DNA of 48,882 bases from assembly GCA_036149055.1 (NCBI GenBank), contig JAYZQJ010000083.1:1-48882 (forward strand). The letters are read 5' to 3'. The DNA comes from Myxococcota bacterium. GTDB lineage: Bacteria > Myxococcota_A > Polyangia > Polyangiales > Sandaracinaceae. Positions 1 to 8,210 of this stretch are shown piece after piece. The translations under genes were made by a program, and so were the position numbers. The notes under the pieces were generated by a model. It was not told the DNA's origin. It worked only from the letters and a program-made list of their open reading frames with translations, and searched no databases. Positions within the stretch are counted from its first letter, which is position 1. Every line of letters begins with the position of its first letter.

Positions 1-71
1 AGGTGCTCGCGCAACACGTCCTCCACCACCCTCGCGAGTTTCTGCTCCAGGGAGTCTGTCGTCGTCGCCAT
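1..71 (-). CDS. 5' part of a small protein (MATTTDSLEQKLARVVEDVLREHL...), possibly IS66 accessory OrfA/DNA-binding protein; truncated by the window
   Basis: ATG at 71-69 on the minus strand, open to the window edge, amphipathic helical sequence. Confidence 0.5.
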   Translation of the reverse strand, partial: MATTTDSLEQKLARVVEDVLREH

Positions 72-126
72 GGACGCCGAATCTCACGACCAGACCACCT
101 CTCAAAGTACCGGCCTGAACGGTTAC
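1..126 (-). mobile_element. Probable left end of an IS66-family insertion sequence (extends beyond the window)
   Basis: The minus strand from 126 reads GTAACCGTTCAGGCCGG..., and IS66 terminal IRs start with GTAA. 55 bp inward an ORF starts that resembles the small orfA proteins I recall from myxobacterial IS66 elements. The transposase is not in the window. Confidence 0.45.
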
Positions 127-180
127 CGTGGAAGCGGGGGGATGCCCCGGCGCCATTATTTGCCACCTCTTGAGTTTTTT

Positions 181-454
181 GGAGGGTTTGGGGCAAACCC
201 TCCCCCCATTGGGCAAAGCGCCAATGGGGCCCCCCTCCCGACTCCGTCGGGGCCTCGCGCGCGTCGCGCGCTGGCCCCGCGTCCCCAGCGACGGGGCGCT
301 GGGGGCCCGGCGGCTCGCGCGCGCGCTGCGCGCTCGCTGGCCGCCCGCTGCCGGGGGATCGAACGACTCGAGTGGCGCGTGCGGCGACCTCGCTGCGCTC
401 GTCGCCTGCCGTCGTTCGGGTCGGTCGTCGTGGAGGCGGGCTCGGCGTGCCCGC
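181..454. repeat. Non-coding cluster of about 8 consecutive inverted repeats (REP-like or structured element)
   Basis: GGAGGGTTTG/CAAACCCTCC (181-203), CCCCATTGG/CCAATGGGG (204-229), CCCGAC/GTCGGG (237-251), CGGGGCC/GGCCCCG (248-279), CCCCAGCG/CGCTGGGG (283-304), CCCGGCGGC/GCTGCCGGG (306-355), CGAACGAC/GTCGTTCG (360-418), GCGGGC/GCCCGC (436-454). Confidence 0.7.
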
Positions 455-488
455 GCGCAGTTGTTTGCTCTCGTCCCGGCGCGCCTCG

Positions 489-1289
489 CTACCTCTCGAG
501 CTCGCAGGTCGTCAGGTCGAGCGCGCGCGCGCCGTCGCAGCGGACGTGCTCGAGGAACCCGTCGAGGTCGCGATCCTCGAGGACCACTCGCCCGTCGCCG
601 CCGTGGAAGACCATGCGCTCGTAGATTCCGTCCGCGTCGGCGTCCCGGGTCTCGTAGACGCGCTCGCCTCCTCGCGACACCGTGACCTGCTCGAGGTGTC
701 CGTCGCCGTCTCGGTCCCGCGCGACCTCTTGTCCCCCGCGCGCGTCCGTGCGCTCCAGCCGCTCGGCGTTTCCGTCGCCGTCGGCGTCGGTGTAGACCCA
801 GGTGAGGCGGCCGGCGCGCTGGATGACGCGCTCGTTCACTCCGTCCCCGTCGGCGTCGAGGCCTTCGCCGATGAGCCGGCCGCGGCGGTCGTAGCTCCTC
901 CAGCGCTGCACCCAGTCGCCGTCGTCCGAGAGCGTATACGCCGTCCGGATCTCACCGTTGGGCCAGCGCTCGACCAGCGCGGGCGCGCCGGCGTCGGTCA
1001 CGCGTCGCCAGAGGTAGAGGTTGCCGGCGAGGCTCACGCCCAGCAGGGCCGCCATCACCATCGGCGCCACGCTCCGTCGCCTCCTCTCGGGCGGCGGCGG
1101 CGGGTCGCCCATCCAGCGCGCGAGGGTCTCCTCCGCGCGTTCGCGCGCCTCGGCGGGCACGTGGACCGCCATCCGGCCTCCCTCTCGGACGAGGGTGGCC
1201 GAGACGCCGGCGCCCTCGAGCGCGTCGAGCAGGGCCTGCGCCTCGTTCTCGTCCTCGGGCGCGAAAAGGAACGTGCGATCGTTCGTCAT
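489..1289 (-). CDS. Membrane protein with a small N-terminal domain (DUF2007-like), one TM helix and five DxDxDG repeats
   Basis: 266 aa; TM segment VAPMVMAALLGVSLAGNLYLW; repeats DADGDG, DADGDG, DRDGDG, DADADG, DRDLDG. Confidence 0.75.
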   Translation of the reverse strand: MTNDRTFLFAPEDENEAQALLDALEGAGVSATLVREGGRMAVHVPAEARERAEETLARWMGDPPPPPERRRRSVAPMVMAALLGVSLAGNLYLWRRVTDAGAPALVERWPNGEIRTAYTLSDDGDWVQRWRSYDRRGRLIGEGLDADGDGVNERVIQRAGRLTWVYTDADGDGNAERLERTDARGGQEVARDRDGDGHLEQVTVSRGGERVYETRDADADGIYERMVFHGGDGRVVLEDRDLDGFLEHVRCDGARALDLTTCELER

Positions 1290-1320
1290 GGCGATCCTCC
1301 GTCGCCACTATCGCACGAGC

Positions 1321-2820
1321 CTACGGGTAGGCCTCACAGACGAAGGGCTTGCTCTCGCTGCAGGAGATGTCGTTCCAGCTCCCGAGCGTGCCCATGACGG
1401 ACTCGTCGGGATCGAGCTCCGCGCAGTCGCCGTTGCCGCTCGGCTGGCCGGGGCGCCAGTTGTCGTAGGTCACGACCGCCGCCCGGCCCCACCAGTACCA
1501 GGCCGGCGACATCCAGTCCGTGGCGCCGATCCACCAGTCGGAGGTGGAGATCGCCGCGGCCTCGGTGGCGACGAAGACGTTCTCCGCGGCGTCCTCGATG
1601 CGGACCAGCTCGTAGCCGCGGGCGCGGCAGAACGTGTAGGCCTGGACGAAGCTCCGGGCGAAGCCAGTGTCGCAGAAGAGGTAGCTGTTGCCGCCGCGTG
1701 TGACCCGGGTGCACGGGCAGCCGGCGCCCTCGTCGATGACTCCGTCGCAGTCGTCGTCGACCGCGTTGCAGGTCTCGGCGTTGTCGCCGGTGGTGTCGCC
1801 GCAGCTGACCGAGCCGCCGCTGCAGACGGTCGAGCCCTCGACGCACATGTCGGCGTCCGCGCCGTCACAGGCCACGCCGACCGCCGGATCGCCCGCGCCG
1901 TCGGCGGTGCTCGGGTCGCAGTCGTCGTCGACCCCGTTGCACACGTCGAGCGTGTCCCCGGTGGTGTCGCCGCAGACCACCGCGCCGGCGGTGCACGAGG
2001 TCGTGCCCTCCTGGCAGAGATCGCTGTCCGCTCCGTCGCAGGCGACCCCGACCCCCGGATCGGCGGAGCCGTCGGCGGTGCCGGGGTTGCAGTCGTCGTC
2101 GGCGCCGTTGCACAGGTCGAGCGTGTCGCCGGTCGCGTCGCCGCAGACGATCGCGCCGCCGGCGCAGCGGGTCGTGCCCTCCTGGCAGAGATCCGAGTCG
2201 GGGCCGTCGCAGGGCACGCCCACGCCCGGGTCCCCGGAGCCGTCCGGCGTGCTGGGGTCGCAGTCGTCGTCGACGCCGTTGCAGAGGTCGGCGCCCATGC
2301 CCGGGCCGTCGTCGCAGGTGAGGGCGCCGTCCACGCAGACCTGCATGCCGTCGCTGCAGAGATCGACGTCGTCGCCGTCGCAGGCCGCGCCGAACATCGG
2401 GTCCGCCGTGCCGTCGGCGGTCGAGGGGTCGCAGTCGTCGTCGAGGCCGTTGCAGATCTCGATCTCGTCGGGCTGATCGCCGTCGTCCTCGCAGACGAGC
2501 GCGCCGCCCACGCAGGCGATCGCGCCGTCGGCGCAGAGATCGCCGTCGTCGCCGTCGCAGGTGTCGCCGAGGGTGGGCTCGTCGGCGCCGTCGGGGGTGG
2601 CCGGATCGCAGTCGTCGTCGACGCCGTTACAGAGCTCCGCCGAAGGCGTGCAGCCGCCGTCCGGATCGGGCGTCACGTCGCCGTCCACGCGCGCGTCGAG
2701 CGGAGGCGGCGTGGAGCCGTCCACCGGGGAGAGGCCGCTGCGCTCCAGCGAGCACCCGGCACCGAGAAGAAGAAGAAGAAGAAGGCAAAGCGAGACCCTG
2801 AACCCACTGCGTCCGGTCAT
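1321..2820 (-). CDS. Lipoprotein with six Cys/Asp-rich MopE-related repeats and a C-terminal C-type lectin domain
   Basis: Lipobox GAGC; repeats of CNGxDDDCD; CTLD motifs WIGATD, YDNWRPGQPS, DCAEL, WNDISC, FVCE. Confidence 0.88.
   Translation of the reverse strand: MTGRSGFRVSLCLLLLLLLGAGCSLERSGLSPVDGSTPPPLDARVDGDVTPDPDGGCTPSAELCNGVDDDCDPATPDGADEPTLGDTCDGDDGDLCADGAIACVGGALVCEDDGDQPDEIEICNGLDDDCDPSTADGTADPMFGAACDGDDVDLCSDGMQVCVDGALTCDDGPGMGADLCNGVDDDCDPSTPDGSGDPGVGVPCDGPDSDLCQEGTTRCAGGAIVCGDATGDTLDLCNGADDDCNPGTADGSADPGVGVACDGADSDLCQEGTTSCTAGAVVCGDTTGDTLDVCNGVDDDCDPSTADGAGDPAVGVACDGADADMCVEGSTVCSGGSVSCGDTTGDNAETCNAVDDDCDGVIDEGAGCPCTRVTRGGNSYLFCDTGFARSFVQAYTFCRARGYELVRIEDAAENVFVATEAAAISTSDWWIGATDWMSPAWYWWGRAAVVTYDNWRPGQPSGNGDCAELDPDESVMGTLGSWNDISCSESKPFVCEAYP
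1747..2640 (-). repeat. Intragenic tandem repeat, six units with 171-177 bp period (57-59 aa)
   Basis: GCAGTCGTCGTC anchor at 1747, 1918, 2089, 2260, 2431 and 2608. Confidence 0.85.
2766..2784 (+). repeat. (GAA)6 microsatellite encoding the poly-Leu core of the signal peptide on the minus strand
   Basis: gaagaagaagaagaagaag read directly. Confidence 0.9.
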
Positions 2821-2851
2821 GCCGTCACCCTATCTCGACGGCGCCGCGATG

Positions 2852-4249
2852 TCAGTCGGTGAGCGAGCGGCGAAAGCGTTGCAGCACCGCGATCGTCTCG
2901 AGCATCAGGCTCTCCTGATAGCGGTAGACCATCTCCTGACCCATCGGCACGAGCATCGAGACCGCCTGCTTGCGGCAGTCCGCCACGAGCTCTCGGAGGC
3001 GGGCGATGAGGCCGTCGAGGGCGGCCCGCTCGCTGGCCTCGGTCAGCGTCGTCGCCGGGTCGAGCAGATCGATCTCCTTGCGCGTGATGCCGCCGCCGAA
3101 GAGCTCGCGCAGCTCCTCCTCGATCTTCACGCGCCGTGTGTCGAGGCGCCAGAGACGGAAGCGGTTCAGCAGGCTCATCAGGTTGAAGAGGAAGCTGACG
3201 CCGACGACGAAGGTCATGAAGTTGCTGAGCGGGATCACGTCGACCACCCGCGGCAGGTACTCGTCGACCATCGGCGGCCCGTGGTTCTCGTAGAACTCGG
3301 TGGCCACGTTCGACATCGCGAGCCCGTGGGGTGGCGGGGCGTTGCGGTTGTGCTCGACGAAGCCGGGCAGCTCCCGCCCGAGCACCGAGAGCACGGCGTT
3401 GATCTCGGAGCGGCTCGCGCACGCGCTGGCCAGGAGCAAGGTGTCGACCTGCAGCACGCGGCGGTCTCCCGCGGGCACGCCGGCCACCGGGTCGTAGTGG
3501 CCCTGGTCGATCCACCCCGCGCGCACGCCGGGCAGCCGGGACGCGGCCGCGGGCGCGGTCTCGAAGCTGGCGATCCGCAGCCCTCGCTCGGTCACCGCCT
3601 CGTGCGCGAGCGCCGCGTCCTCCTGCAGCACCGCCGCCGCGAAGTCGAGCTCGCCCGCCGCCGCCTGCTCGATCTGCGCGGAGACCGCGCCGTGCACGCG
3701 CTCGATCCGGAGCTCGTCGAAGCCGGGGAGGGCGAGCAGCGCCTCGGCGAGCTGCGCGGTGCCGCTGCCCTCGGGCCCCACGCCGATCCGGGTGCCCTCG
3801 AGGTCCCGGAAGGTCGTCACCAGGTCGCCGTCGCGGCCGAAGAAGAAGAGCGTCTCGCCCTCGGGCAGCCGCGCGACCGCCTCGACCCGCTCCAGGTCGT
3901 CGAAGGCGGCGCCGTCCTGGACGAGGCCGAAGTCCACCTCGCAGTCGCGGGCCGAGAGCCGCTCGAGGTTCTCCCCGGAGCCCGCGCTGTGCGCGTTGCG
4001 GACCCGGCCGCCCTCGCGCTCGGCGCGCCGGGCGAAGCGCTCGACGAGATCGCTGTAGTGGCCGGTGGCCGAGCCGCTGGTGACCGCGATGTCGAGGTGC
4101 TCGAGGTCGGGCTCGAAGTCGAGGCTGAGCGCGATCGCGCCGATGATCACGACGCCGACCGCGATCAGCGCCGCGCGGAGCCAGGCGCGCTGCTTCGCCT
4201 TCGCCTGTCGCTCCTCCGGCTCTGCCGGTCCCGGGGTCTCGTCCGCCAT
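2852..4249 (-). CDS. TAXI-family (TRAP-type) solute-binding protein with N- and C-terminal TM segments
   Basis: Motifs SGSATGHY, SAGSGENL, DFGLVQDG, DLEGTRIGVGPEGSGT; hydrophobic segments at both ends. Confidence 0.8.
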   Translation of the reverse strand: MADETPGPAEPEERQAKAKQRAWLRAALIAVGVVIIGAIALSLDFEPDLEHLDIAVTSGSATGHYSDLVERFARRAEREGGRVRNAHSAGSGENLERLSARDCEVDFGLVQDGAAFDDLERVEAVARLPEGETLFFFGRDGDLVTTFRDLEGTRIGVGPEGSGTAQLAEALLALPGFDELRIERVHGAVSAQIEQAAAGELDFAAAVLQEDAALAHEAVTERGLRIASFETAPAAASRLPGVRAGWIDQGHYDPVAGVPAGDRRVLQVDTLLLASACASRSEINAVLSVLGRELPGFVEHNRNAPPPHGLAMSNVATEFYENHGPPMVDEYLPRVVDVIPLSNFMTFVVGVSFLFNLMSLLNRFRLWRLDTRRVKIEEELRELFGGGITRKEIDLLDPATTLTEASERAALDGLIARLRELVADCRKQAVSMLVPMGQEMVYRYQESLMLETIAVLQRFRRSLTD

Positions 4250-4273
4250 CGGCGGCGATGATACCCGCGCGCG

Positions 4274-5008
4274 TCAGAAGCGGAGACTCAGCGTCTCGGC
4301 CCGGCCCACGAAAGGCTCGCCGAGCTGACTCTCCTCGTGCACGGCCACCCCGATCGCGATCGCCACCCCGACGACGAGCGCGGCGCCGATCACCCCGCCG
4401 ACGATCGCCGGCGTGTCGTCGCTCGGCGCACCGTCCGAGGATTCTGCCCGGATGGAGGGCGCGCTCACCGGCTGCACGATCTGGAGCGTCTGGCGCTCGC
4501 CGGCGCGGACCTCCACCTCGCGCTCCTGACGCGTGCCGTCGGGATACATGAGGGTGATCGTCTGCCGCGGCGGCGCGAGGAAGAAGCGCTCCGGATCGAC
4601 CTCCTCCCCGTCGACCAGCACGCGGGTCTCGGGCGGCTCCACCCGCACGGTGAGGGTGCCGACCTCGGCGCGCAGCTCCCGGCGCAGCGCCTCCACCTCG
4701 GCCCGCCGCGCTTCCGGCAGCGCACCGTGCGCGCCCTCGAGCAGCGCGTCCACGTGCCGCAGCCCGGTCGTGATCTCCCCCGCCCGTCGCGCGCTCATCG
4801 CGGCGTTGAACGCGGCCGCCGCCGTCGGGTGCAGCTCGAGCGAGCGCTCGAAGAGCCGCAGCGCGTCGGCGTGTCGCTCCTCCTCCGCCGCCTGCCGCCC
4901 CGCGTCGAAGAGCGCCCGCGCCTCGAGCTCCGCCGGAGGCGTCTGCGCCTCCGCGCTCCCCGCCGCCGCCACGGCCGCCAGCGCGAACGAGAACAGGGCC
5001 GCCCTCAT
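4274..5008 (-). CDS. TPR + PEGA-like domain protein with signal peptide and C-terminal TM
   Basis: ARALFDAGRQ...ALRLFERSLELHP (TPR); GTLTVRVEPPETRVLVDG (PEGA-like); ATG at 5008 overlaps the kinase stop (ATGA). Confidence 0.8.
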   Translation of the reverse strand: MRAALFSFALAAVAAAGSAEAQTPPAELEARALFDAGRQAAEEERHADALRLFERSLELHPTAAAAFNAAMSARRAGEITTGLRHVDALLEGAHGALPEARRAEVEALRRELRAEVGTLTVRVEPPETRVLVDGEEVDPERFFLAPPRQTITLMYPDGTRQEREVEVRAGERQTLQIVQPVSAPSIRAESSDGAPSDDTPAIVGGVIGAALVVGVAIAIGVAVHEESQLGEPFVGRAETLSLRF

Positions 5009-6495
5009 GGCCACTCCCACAGCTGCCCCTCCTCCCGCGCCGCTCGCCGCCCGCCCCGTCGTCCCGGTCGGCGCCCCCGCGCCGCCTCCCCCTCGGCCCC
5101 CTCACCAGGGCGCGCCGCGACGGCCTCCTCGCCCGACCCCGCCGCGCCGCCGGACTCGGCGACGGGCTCGGGCTCGGCGACGGACTCGACGGACTCGGTT
5201 TCGGCGACGGACTCGGTTTCGGCGACGGACTCGGACTCGGCGACGGACTCGGCCTCGGTCTCGGCGACGGACTCGGTCACGGGGTCGTCGGCGGCCGGCC
5301 GCGCGAGCCCCACCGCCTCTTCCCCCGGCGCCGCCCACCACCCCGCGATCCCCAGCACCACCAGCGCCGCCGCCGCCGGCCACCACCGCCGCCTCGGCGC
5401 CTCGGGCGTGTCCGCCTCCGCCTCCGCTCTCGCGATCGCCGCGGCTCTCCGGGTCCGCGCCTCCGCGCGCGCCTCGGCGAAGTGCTCGAGCGCGAACGCC
5501 CGGAGCTCGATGGCGCCGTCGTCCCGCTCCACCTCGCGCAGGATCGCGCCCAGCCGCGCCGCCACCTCGGCGCCGGAGGAGGGCCGATCCTCGCGGCGCT
5601 TCGCGAGCAGGTCCCAGAGCAGCTCGGTCAGCGCCGGCGGCGCGTCGTCGCGCACCGCCTCGATGTCGGGCGGCGGGTCGTCGAGGATCTGCCGCGCGAC
5701 GTGCTCCACCCCATCGGACGCGCTGGCGTGGAGGCGGCGGCAGGCGAGCAGCTCGTAGAGCACCACGCCGAGGGCCCAGAGATCGGAGCGCCGATCGAGC
5801 CGCTCGAAGCGGAGCTGCTCGGGCGACATGTAGCCGATCTTGCCCTTCAGCGCGTCGGCGCTCGACTCCTCCGTGCGGCCGAGCGCCTTGGCGAGCCCGA
5901 AGTCGGTCACCCGCACGATGCCCTCGTAGTCGAGCAAAACATTCTGCGGGGACACGTCCCGGTGCACCAGCGACACCGGCGCGCCGTCGTGGTCCCGGAG
6001 CTCGTGCGCCGCGTGCAGACCCTCGGCGATCTGCTTCGCCATCGTGAGGCAGACCTGGAGCGGGATCAGCTCGCCGCGCGCGTGAAAGGCGCCGATGACC
6101 TTGGAGAGGCTGAGCCCGTCCACGAAGTCCATCAGCAGGTACGGCCCGTCCGCGTCCTCGCCCACGTCGAGCACGCTGACCACGTTGGGGTGGCGCAGGA
6201 GCCCGGCCAGCGTCGCCTCGCGCAGGAAGCCCTCCCGGAGATGTGCCGCCTTCTCGAGCGGGCGCTTGCGCGCGTACAGGCGGCGGAAGTCGCCCTCCCG
6301 CCGCATGACCAGCTCCACGCTCCCCATGCCGCCGCGCGCGAGGGGGGCGACCCGCACGTACGGGGAGCTGGCGCTGGACGAGAGGGACGACACCGCGCTC
6401 AGCCTAGCAGGCTGGGCTCGGCCGGAAGAGCGAGACGGAGCCTTGCCGCGCCCCTCGACGCGGGTGACCGACTCCACCCTGCGGACCGCCCCCAC
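5005..6495 (-). CDS. Hanks-type Ser/Thr protein kinase with TM and low-complexity extracytoplasmic tail (start codon uncertain)
   Basis: LARGGMGSV, HPNVVSV, HRDVSPQN, DFGLAK, GKIGYMSPEQ, SDLWALGV. Confidence 0.93.
   Translation of the reverse strand: MGAVRRVESVTRVEGRGKAPSRSSGRAQPARLSAVSSLSSSASSPYVRVAPLARGGMGSVELVMRREGDFRRLYARKRPLEKAAHLREGFLREATLAGLLRHPNVVSVLDVGEDADGPYLLMDFVDGLSLSKVIGAFHARGELIPLQVCLTMAKQIAEGLHAAHELRDHDGAPVSLVHRDVSPQNVLLDYEGIVRVTDFGLAKALGRTEESSADALKGKIGYMSPEQLRFERLDRRSDLWALGVVLYELLACRRLHASASDGVEHVARQILDDPPPDIEAVRDDAPPALTELLWDLLAKRREDRPSSGAEVAARLGAILREVERDDGAIELRAFALEHFAEARAEARTRRAAAIARAEAEADTPEAPRRRWWPAAAALVVLGIAGWWAAPGEEAVGLARPAADDPVTESVAETEAESVAESESVAETESVAETESVESVAEPEPVAESGGAAGSGEEAVAARPGEGAEGEAARGRRPGRRGGRRAAREEGQLWEWP
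5151..5280 (-). repeat. Degenerate 18-bp tandem repeat encoding (ESVAET)n in the kinase tail
   Basis: TCGGCGACGGACTCGG core repeated; protein reads TESVAETEAESVAESESVAETESVAETESVESVAE. Confidence 0.85.
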
Positions 6496-6550
6496 GATCC
6501 GAGAGGCTACCGCGACCGCGGCCGCGCGTCCGTGACGCGGCTTGCGCGGG

Positions 6551-8074
6551 TCAGAGCCCGAGGAGGTGCAGGGTCGCCTCGCGGTGCTGGACCTCGGCGC
6601 CGGAGGCGAACACGCCGATCGACGCGTCGAGCGGGCTGGCGCCGTCGAGCCCGGCGAAGAACGGGTAGGCGAGCCGCGCGTCGGCGTCGAGCGCGTGGGT
6701 GTAGCGTCGCTCCAGGTCGCCAGCGCCGAGCGCCGCGCCGCGGGTCCCGCGCGCGAGCAGGGCGACCGAGCCGATCGCGATCCAGTCGCGCGCGGCGGTG
6801 GTCGTCCGGGCCGAGGCGATGGTCTCGGGGGTCGCGGCGCTGGTGCGGCCCGAGGCGAGCGCCTCGTCGTGCGCGGTGGCGGCGAACGCGCCGAGGTCGA
6901 GCGCGATCAGCTGCGCGTGGCTCGCGTTCGACGACGGCGCGCCGGCCCGGACCTGAAGGGCGAAGCTCGCCTCCACGCCGGCTGAGAGCGTCGGCGCCCG
7001 GGCGAGGAAGAACGACTGACGATCCAGGGTGGCGCCCGCGAGGTGAGGGGGATCGCCGTCGGCCATCGGCCAGAGCGTCCCGCCCGCGTCCACCCGGACG
7101 CCCACCGCGTCGGTCGCCGGCATGGTCGTCGCCGTGACGCTCGCGAGCACGAGGTGCCGGCCGGCTGCGCTCGGGGTGAAGCGGAGCTCGGCCAGGCTCA
7201 CCCAGCCTTCGGACTGGGTCACGAAGCGGTTGGGCAGCGCCGCCTCCGTCCACGCCCCGCCGGGGATGGGGAAGGCGACGAGGCGGAGATCGGTGAGCGT
7301 GGCCTCGCCGCTGGCGCTCCCCTGGAGCTCGACGTCGACGCGGCGCCGCCCGCCCGCCGCGGCCAGCGCGATCGCCGACCACGGTCCGCCCGCCCGGCTC
7401 GCGCTCCGCGCCTGCTCCTCGCCGTCCACCGTCAGCCGGGCCTCGCCCCCGTCGAGCGCGGCGCTGGCGAGCACCAGCCACGCGCCGGCCGACGCGTCGA
7501 GCTCGAGCGATCCGCCGAGCGCGCTCGCCCAGCCCTCGCCTCGGCGGAAGGCGGGGACGTGCCGCTGCGCGTAGGCCGGGGTGTGCGGCCCGGCGTCGGG
7601 CAGCTCGGCGTCCGGGGGCACGGTCGCGTCGGCGGGAGGCGCGCCTCCGTCTGGCTCGTCGCATCCGTCGCAGGCGTCGCGGCAGACGCCGCCCCGGCAG
7701 GTGGTCGCGCCGTCGCAGGCGAGCCCCGCGTCGCAGCCCTCGGTGAAGGTCAGCGCGAGGATCTCGGCCGCGCCGTCGACGTAGCCGCCGCGGTAGGCGA
7801 CGCGCGCGATCGGGACGCGCTCCGCGTCGAGCAGCTGGCCGATCACCGTGTAGCGTCGCCCCGCGTCACCGCCGCGCGGCACGAGCCGGACGCCGACCGG
7901 GAAGCGCTCGAGCGGCTCGTCGACCTCGAGCGCGAGCGCCCCCTCGGTGTCGAGCACGCGCACGTGGATGCGCGCCGCCGCCTCGGCCAGCGGCGCCTCG
8001 GCGTAGAACAGCACGTCCACCCGGGTGGAGTCCGCGCAGCCGAGGAGGAGCAGGCCGAGGAGCGCGCGCCGCAT
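6551..8074 (-). CDS. Hypothetical lipoprotein with a Cys-rich linker and beta-rich C-terminal region
   Basis: MRRALLGLLLLGC lipobox; CDAGLACDGATTCRGGVC; codon pattern fits the genome. Confidence 0.75.
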   Translation of the reverse strand: MRRALLGLLLLGCADSTRVDVLFYAEAPLAEAAARIHVRVLDTEGALALEVDEPLERFPVGVRLVPRGGDAGRRYTVIGQLLDAERVPIARVAYRGGYVDGAAEILALTFTEGCDAGLACDGATTCRGGVCRDACDGCDEPDGGAPPADATVPPDAELPDAGPHTPAYAQRHVPAFRRGEGWASALGGSLELDASAGAWLVLASAALDGGEARLTVDGEEQARSASRAGGPWSAIALAAAGGRRRVDVELQGSASGEATLTDLRLVAFPIPGGAWTEAALPNRFVTQSEGWVSLAELRFTPSAAGRHLVLASVTATTMPATDAVGVRVDAGGTLWPMADGDPPHLAGATLDRQSFFLARAPTLSAGVEASFALQVRAGAPSSNASHAQLIALDLGAFAATAHDEALASGRTSAATPETIASARTTTAARDWIAIGSVALLARGTRGAALGAGDLERRYTHALDADARLAYPFFAGLDGASPLDASIGVFASGAEVQHREATLHLLGL

Positions 8075-8123
8075 CCCGCCCAGCCTACCACCGCCCCCCA
8101 TCGGCGACCGCGAACGAGGACCC

Positions 8124-8194
8124 GGGGACGGAGTTAACTTGTGAACTTACGTAGGTCCTTGAACTACATAGGTTAACAAGTTCACTCCGTCCCC
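8124..8194. repeat. 71-bp AT-rich imperfect palindrome (REP/MITE-like, or operator/terminator)
   Basis: 31-bp arms at 8124-8154 and 8164-8194 with 4 mismatches; ends GGGGACGGAG...CTCCGTCCCC; 34/71 G+C. Confidence 0.85.
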
Positions 8195-8210
8195 TCCTCC
8201 CTGGTTGGGG

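Noticed and set aside
70..685. Plus-strand ORFs 70-624 and 128-685
   Set aside because: Low-complexity translations across the hairpin array and antisense to the 489-1289 gene; no coding signal
1321..1700. C-type lectin as a diversity-generating retroelement target
   Set aside because: No reverse transcriptase and no template/variable repeat pair seen in the window; the domain is a canonical CTLD
5151..5280. Short repeats as a CRISPR array
   Set aside because: In-frame coding tandem repeats without unique spacers; no cas genes
8124..8194. Palindrome as an integron attC or dif site
   Set aside because: Lacks properly placed RYYYAAC/GTTRRRY boxes and the 28-bp XerC/D layout; no integrase nearby
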